Shown here piece after piece: positions 57,401-64,000 of a stretch of DNA of 64,000 nucleotides. The translations under genes were made by a program, and so were the position numbers. This stretch comes from Mobula hypostoma (Eukaryota), in NCBI RefSeq assembly GCF_963921235.1, contig NC_086097.1, positions 11,656,001 through 11,720,000 of the forward strand, written 5' to 3'. A model generated the notes under the pieces. That model ran no database searches, was not told the DNA's origin, and worked only from the letters and a program-made list of their open reading frames with translations. Within the stretch, counting starts at the first letter, position 1, and the number at the start of each line of letters is the position of its first letter.

Positions 57401-57888
57401 GTATTTATATTTATTGTGTTTTGTTAACGGTCGTGGTAATCCCAGCTCCCAGTTACTACCTTAGTTCCAAACATCAGTTGCCTATCACCCATTGATTTTT
57501 CTTCCTGTCCTTCATGACGTTATGGGACTCTGCTGGAAAAATTAATTGGCGATGCTTCCGGAAATCAGGCGAAACACTGCAAAGACAGAATGCCGCACAG
57601 AACTGCTAACCAGTAGGTAGAGCAATGCACAGAATGTTGAAGGCATTCAGCAGGTCAGGCAGCATCTATGGAAGGGAATTAATAGTCAATGCTTCATGCC
57701 TGAGGTCCTGAGTTCTTGAAAAAGTTGAATAGGTTAGGACTATATTCCCTGCATGATTGGAGAATGAGGGGTGATTTGACAGGTGTGTATAAACTTGCGA
57801 GTTGTTGCCACACTGCGGGTTTTGGTGAAGGTCACGTTCCCCTTCGAAGGTGTGGATTTTGTCTGTCGAAGGTGTGGAAGGTGTATCC

Positions 57889-57990
57889 GTCCTGATGAAG
57901 GGTCTCGGCCCGAAACGTCGACTGTACTTCTTCCTATTGATGCTGCCTGGCCTCCTGCGTTCACCAGCAATTTTTATGTGTGTTGCTTGT
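57889..57990 (+). mobile_element. PLE terminus starting within hammerhead stem I
   Basis: GTC-CTGATGA-AGGGTCTCGGCCC-GAAACGTC-GAC; core intact. Confidence 0.75.
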
Positions 57991-58594
57991 GGATTTTAAA
58001 GATCAGATGGCAGGCCACAATAAAACATACAATGCAAAGATTTTTATTTTTCCGAGATGGAAACAAAAGTAGAAATAGAACAGTAGACCCCCACAGGCAC
58101 CTCACCTCACCTCACCATGTTGTTACCATGAGCCTGAACAATTAGCCAAAAACCAAAACAGAGGAATTCACATCATTCTTCACAATCACAAATGTCCACA
58201 ATTGCATTTTTCACAATAAGATCTCAATGACATTGCACAACAAAATCAATCAATTTCCGAGAGCCAGCACTCTCCCCCATCCCCCAAACTGAACTCTTCC
58301 TCTGAGCCAGCACCGAGCATGTGCCACCACAAACAGGCACCTTTTTGAAGTCACCCTGCCCATCAGTCAGATCGCCTCCCTGAAACTGGAAGGAATAACA
58401 AACAGAGAATGCCACTGTCCTGGAGTGTGCAACGACAAAGTGTCTGTGCTGTGCATTAGCCTAGTGTGTGCACCCGATAAGCATAACATCAGCACTGCCA
58501 GACAGGGAAAATGAGAATTACGGGGGCTACTGGGGTGGGGGTGGGGGGAATTGGATGGGAGAAGAAATTGTGACAGACCCACTCTGTCACTGTG

Positions 58595-59005
58595 GTATAG
58601 ATAGGGTAAATGTAAGATGGCTTTTTCCACAGGGGTTGGATAGGACTAGGACTAGAGGTCATAGGTTAAGTGTGAAAGGTGAATTACGAAAGGGGAACAT
58701 GAGGGGAACTTCTTTACTCAGAGGGTGGTGAGAGTGCGGAATGAGGATGTGTTGGGTGTGTTTGATTTGGTCCATAAGACATAGAAACAGAATTTGTCTG
58801 TTGGGCTCATTGAGTCTGCACTGTCATTCCAATATGGCAGATTTATTATCTCTCTCAGCTCCATTCTCCTGCCTTCTCCCCATAACCTTTGACACTTTCG
58901 ACTAATCAGGAACCTATCAACCTTCACTTTGAATATACCCAATGACCTGGCCTCCACAGCCATCTGTGGTGATGAATTTCACAGATTCACCACCCTCGGG
59001 CTAAA
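58595..59005. mobile_element. CR1 fragments (58595-58745 +, 58770-59005 -)
   Basis: RTRGHRLSVKG; VEARSLGIFKVKVDRFL. Confidence 0.75.
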
Positions 59006-59294
59006 GCTAGTTTTTTTATAGTGGAAAATAGGAAGCTGTGCCAAGCTAATTTTCCATCATGTAGTCGTTCAAGCTGCCAAATGTGTTGGAGATAATTATG
59101 AACCCACTTTCAAAAAGAAATAAAAATTCATCCAACAGCTAATGGCCCTTTAATATATGACAATGAATCTGTTTCTTTGCTTTTGGGGGAGACTTAGAAA
59201 AGTGTTTGATTCAAAAACAGGCAGAAAATGATCCAATGTTTGCATATTAATTTTTGCCTATGTTTGTTTATGGAAGCTAACAGACAAAAGTGTA

Positions 59295-60047
59295 TCCTCC
59301 TCTCCTCTCTCCTCACTCCTACCTCCAAACTCCAAATTCCAAACTCCAACCTCCCTTCCTCTCCCATCCTCACCTCCCTCTCCTCTCCCTCTCCACTCCC
59401 TTACCCCTCCCTCTCTCCTCCCTCTTCCTCTCTCATCCCTCTCCCTCTCTCATCCCCTCTCCTTTCTCCCTCTCCCCTGCCCCTCTCCCTACAATCGCCT
59501 ACCTCCTCTCCCCTCTCCCTCTCTCTCCTTCCCTTCTTCCCCTCCTCTCTCCCTCTCTCCTCCCTCCTGTCTCCACCCTCCAAACTCCATCCCTCCTTCC
59601 CTCCCCTCTCCCCTATCCTCTTTTCTTCCCCTCTGTCCTTCTCTCTCTTCTCCTCTCTCCCCTCTTTCCCTCTCCCTCTCTCCCTCTCACCTCTCTCCCT
59701 CTCCCCTTCCCCCCTCACTCCCCACCTTCTCACTCTCTCCCCTTCACTCCCTGTCTCTTTCTTTCTCTCACTCCCTCTTGCTCCCTCTTTCTCCCTCTCC
59801 CCCTCTCTCTTTCCCCATCTCCCCTCCCCTCCCCCATCTTTCCCCTCTCCTCGCTCTCCCCTCTCTCCCCCTCTCTTCCCCCTCTCCACCCTTCCCCCAT
59901 CCCCATTTTCTCCTCTCTCTCTTCCTCTCTCTCCCCTTCTCTCCCTCTTTTCTTCTTTCTCCTTTCCCTCTCTTTCTGTCTGTCTGTCTGTCTCTCTCTC
60001 TTTCTCTTTCTCTCTTTCTCTTTATCCATCTCTCCCTCTTTCTCTCC
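59295..60047. repeat. ~750-bp CT-rich polypyrimidine/polypurine low-complexity tract
   Basis: Almost exclusively C/T on the plus strand. Confidence 0.95.
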
Positions 60048-60544
60048 ATCACAATGCTTCCAACTGCTTCACATTACTCTAATGTGGAAATTGGTATCAA
60101 CACAGGAGATGCCAGTTCTGTAAAGGGACCGCTACAGTCAGAGCGTGTGCTTTGAACTATCATTTCCCTCAGCCTCTCCATTCCGCATGTAGCTTAGCCC
60201 TTTGTCACATTGTACTCTTGCTGCTCTGATAGCTTCAAGTGCCTTAACTGAATCTAGGCATCCCTAGTCTTTTTTAAAGTTTAAATGAATAAAAGCTTTG
60301 GGATCAGTTCCCAGCTACAGTGCAAACATTTTAAAACTTATCGGGGTATTTTTTTAAAATGTTTTATTAAATGTAAGCTTGGTAAAAGGGTTCTCAAAAT
60401 TTGTGCATGTATTTACACCAATGAGTTATAAAACCTGTTGCAACCTTTTATAAAATTGTTTCAGATCACAGGTGAGTCATTTTGTTGCTTGCTTTATGAT
60501 TAAAATTCCTTGTGCTCAGCTTTCTGCTAATTTTATGCAGTGTT

Positions 60545-60830
60545 TGTTGTGTTAGGACCTCTCAGTTCCAATGACCCCAGCTCAGTCCTGACCTCTGGTG
60601 CTGTCTGTGTGGAGTGCTCCAGTTTCCTCTCACATCCCAGGGATGTGTGGGTTGGTAGGTTAATTATCCATGTTAAATAGCTCCCAGTGCGCTGATAAGT
60701 GGCAGAATCTGGGGGGAGTTCAGAGGAATGTGAGGAGAATGGGTTACTGGGATAATGAGTGGGAGGGTGAGATTGCTTGGATGACCCAGCAATAGACACT
60801 GCAGACTGAAATAGCCTTTTTCTATGTTGT
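60545..60830 (+). mobile_element. V-domain SINE, decayed
   Basis: ggtgctgtctgtgtggagtgctccagtttcctc core. Confidence 0.6.
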
Positions 60831-61204
60831 AAGGGCACGTATAAATCTCTCTAGTGATGATGGTTGTAAGAAAGCATGAGATATGAGATACATGGTCCTG
60901 ATGAGACCATGACCTTCTGAATTTTGTGAAGAGCATATTCAAAACCCTGTTGCATAAATCATAATTTGAGCCAAGAATAACTTGTTCTGTTTTAATTCTA
61001 AAATTCTCCTTCTTGATTTCAGATTCTGCCACGTCTTTGACCAGAATGTGTGGAGAATAGATCTCAGGGAAATAGAGTAGGATCACTCTGTGGGCCTGCT
61101 TATACTGTGTGGGACATACCATATACCTTCCTTCTATCTTGTAAGGCAACGTAAGCTTTTACTTTGACTATTGCAATGTTTCTCCAAATGTCTAAAATGC
61201 TTTC

Positions 61205-61460
61205 CAGAATCATAGAGTTCTACAGCACAGAAACAGGTCCTTCGGCCCATTCTAGTACATGCCAAACTTGTATTCTGCCTAAGCCATCAAACTGCAGCCG
61301 GACCATACCCCTCCCACTCATGTATTTATCCAAAATTCTGTCAATTATTGCAATCAAATCCACATCCATCATTTCCCCTGGCAGCTCATTCCACAATCGC
61401 AGCACCCCTCTGAGTGAAGAAGTTCCTCCACAAGATTTCCTTAAATATTTCTCTCTGAAC
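61205..61460 (-). mobile_element. CR1 3' end
   Basis: LWNELPGEMM...; agaatcatag tail. Confidence 0.7.
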
Positions 61461-61719
61461 TGTTCCAAAATTCATCAGTGTAAAGTCAGGGGATAGATTT
61501 TCAGATCCTTTTCAGACACAAGTAATGTTTTCATCCCCCATCCTTGGCTCCAGCAGTATGAGCTATGAGCCTCCTACAGAGTCCTGTAAGATAGTTTTAT
61601 TCCTGGATCACTTCTGAATCTCTCAGTAGCCACTCAGTCTTCCTTGTGCCAATTGCTCACTTCAAGCATCCTTACTTTGATTGTCCCATTCTCTAACACT
61701 ACCAAGCTTGCTGTGTGCA

Positions 61720-62212
61720 TCAGTCATTAAGGAGTCCCATCAGCCAGGACATGCCTCTTCTCAATGCTACCATTAAGGAGGAAGATACAGGAGCCTACAG
61801 GAACCAAAAGACATGCAATCAGTGTTCTTCCCCTCTGCAATCAGGATGCTGAATGGACAATGAACCCATGTACGCTAACTAGATACTTTTTTAATTCTTT
61901 CTTTTGCACTAAATATTTAATAATATAATTAGATGTATTTAAACATCTAACAAAATTTCCTGTTGTAATTTCCATGTAGAAGAATCTGTGGAATGTTCTG
62001 CCACAAACTGCAGTGGAGGCCAAGTCCATGGGTATATTTAAGGTGGAAGTTGATTGTTTCTGATTGGTCAGGGCATCAAAGGATATGGCAAGAGGACAGG
62101 TGTATGGAGTTGAGTGGGATCCAGGATCAGCCATGATGGAATGAAGGAGCAGACTCAATGGGATGAATGGCTTAATTTTGCTCCTATGTCTTATAGTCTT
62201 GTGGTCTTATAG
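61720..62212 (+). mobile_element. Rex1 3' end with a CR1 3' end (61978-62212) inserted
   Basis: IIKESHQPGH remnant; NLWNVLPQTAVEAK and GGTCTTAT tail. Confidence 0.7.
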
Positions 62213-62239
62213 ATGTATAGCTGTGATATATATGAAGGT

Positions 62240-62975
62240 GTGCTCTATGTGTAGATGTGGATATGTGGTATCCATGAAATTGTGGTGAAAGTAAAATCCA
62301 CGTAGATGTAGAGAAATGTTATCCATGAAAATGAGGGGAAGTAGATATCTAAGAAGATGTGGAGAAGTTGGTATCTATAAAGCTGTGGCGAAGTGGTATC
62401 CATATTGATGTGGAGTATTGTTATCCATTTTGAGATGGTATCCATGTAGGTGTAAACAAGTGGTGTCCACGTAGATGAGGAGATGTGGTATCCATGTAGA
62501 TGTATTGTCTATAGAGATGTGGTGGAGTTGTATCCACATAGATGTGGAGGTGGAACCATGAAAGTGTGGCGAATGTGGTATCCATAAAGATGTGGATAAC
62601 TGGTACCTATGTAGGTGTGGAGACATGGTATCCAAGTTAATGTGGTGTACTGATTTCATGCAGGTTTGGACAACTGGTATCTATGTTATCCATGAAGATG
62701 TGATAGAAGTGGTATTCATGTAAATTTGGAGAACAGCATTCATGGAAATGCAGAGTAGGTGGTAGCCATGAAGATCTGGAAAATTGGTATTCATAAAGAT
62801 CTTGAGAATTGGTATCCATGTACATGTGGGGAAGTGCAATACATGATAATGTGGGGTAGTGTTATCCATGTACTGTAGATGTGGTATCCATATAGCTGTG
62901 GACAAGAGGAATCCATGTAGATGTCGTAAAGTTGAGATCCTGTAGGTGTGGAGAAGAGTTATTCATGTAGATATG
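62240..62975. repeat. Degenerate minisatellite, core GTGGTATCCATGTAGAT (units ~17-25 bp)
   Basis: Many variants of (G)TGGTATCCATG separated by (TA)GATGTGGAGAA. Confidence 0.8.
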
Positions 62976-62979
62976 ATAT

Positions 62980-63680
62980 TCAAAGGTTCAAAGGTCCATT
63001 TAATTTCAGAAACATATATACCCTCTACATGCTGAAAGGCTTTTTCTTCGCAACCATCCATGAAAACGGAGAAGTGTCCCAAAGAATGAACGACAGTTAA
63101 ATGTTAGAACCCCAAAGTAACCCCTCCCCAGCTCCCCTTGCTCCTGCGCATAAGCGGCCGCAAGCAACAATCCCCCCTCCCCTCACGGGCAAAAAAAGCA
63201 AGGGCACCTGCCACCGAGCACTCAAGCGTGAGCAAAGCAACAGCAAAGACACAGACTTGTAGTTGCCCCAGAGGCTTTGCGTTTCACCTGATATACAACA
63301 TACCACAGGCTCTCTCTCTCCCTAATAAGGGAGAAAAGGGTGTCTCCATTTTCCCAGCAAGTGGGGAAACAACAAACAACTCGCTAGTTTACGATGTTAA
63401 AAGTCCGTTACGTCACTTTTTTCGAGCTCTGTGCCAGAAGATCTCAAAGATCTCAGGTCTCCGGGCACACAGCAGATATCCCCACTCCACCGACAACACA
63501 CGGGTCTCCTGCCATGACACCAACCCTCACTTTGCCCGTCTCCAGAACCCCGAGATCCTAGGCTTCCAAATCCAAGCTGGACTCTTAGGCCGAGCCCCTG
63601 CTGTGCCGAACAACAACGGTCGGTTATGAAACCCCAAGAACGGGTCTCATTCCCACAAAGAACCGAAGTCAGCATGTAAT
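62980..63680 (-). mobile_element. Retroelement 3' region with (TTCAAAGG) tail, probably Rex1-related non-autonomous
   Basis: ttcaaaggttcaaaggtccattta tail; CpG-retaining body; related fragments at 44010-44350 and 58000-58590. Confidence 0.45.
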
Positions 63681-63689
63681 TCCAGAATT

Positions 63690-64000
63690 TAAAAACGTAA
63701 ACACGAGGAATTCTGCAGATGCTGGAAATTCAAGCAACACACATCAAAGTTGCTGGTGAACGCAGCAGGCCAGGCAGCATCTCTAGGAAGAGGTACAGTC
63801 GACGTTTCGGGCCGAGACCCTTCGTCAGGACTAACTGAAGGAAGAGTGAGTAAGGGATTTGAAAGTGGGAGGGGGAGGGGGAGATCCAAAATGATAGGAG
63901 AAGACAGGAGGGGGAGGGGATGGAGCCAAGAGCTGGACAGGTGATTGGCAAAAGGGATATGAGAGGATCATGGGACAGGAGGCCCAGGGAGAAGGAAAAG
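63690..64000 (-). mobile_element. Young PLE pseudo-LTR / 3' region (continues past the window)
   Basis: Reverse complement of 1-161 plus the upstream pyrimidine tract. Confidence 0.8.
63796..63833 (-). ncRNA. Minimal type-I hammerhead ribozyme (identical to 29-66)
   Basis: Reverse complement of TAGTCCTGACGAAGGGTCTCGGCCCGAAACGTCGACTG. Confidence 0.75.

Noticed and set aside
59228..60155. Several long ORFs (284, 277, 162 aa) on both strands
   Set aside because: Artefacts of the CT-rich tract, which lacks stop codons; S/P/L- or G/E/R-only composition.
62240..62975. CRISPR-like repeat array
   Set aside because: No unique spacers, degenerate units, eukaryotic context, no cas genes.
1..64000. 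Near-identical inverted repeats at both window ends as TIRs of one giant element
   Set aside because: Both are copies of an abundant young Penelope-like family also found at 28.4, 52.9 and 57.9 kb.

Overview
Eukaryotic, repeat-saturated intronic or intergenic DNA. The repeat set (CR1/HER1-type LINEs, V-domain SINEs, Rex1/Babar, Penelope-like elements, Tc1/mariner/Tigger, Gypsy LTRs) points to a cartilaginous fish, probably a batoid ray; this is inference. I recognise no intact host gene. Four things stand out. (1) A young CR1 LINE with an intact 999-codon EN-RT ORF2 that has no AUG before residue 202 and is joined to ORF1 by a U_UUA_AAC -1 slippery heptamer directly before the ORF1 stop. (2) A Ty3/Gypsy derivative whose RT/RNaseH/integrase region is replaced by an intronless fragment of host RBM25 mRNA (RRM), with its two LTRs now inverted. 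(3) Many Penelope-derived copies carrying a minimal type-I hammerhead ribozyme, including a ~127-bp unit with target-site duplications. (4) A cluster of minus-strand exon-like segments and several TE-free islands that look like enhancers or a CTCF site. All calls were made by eye, and boundaries of decayed repeats are approximate.
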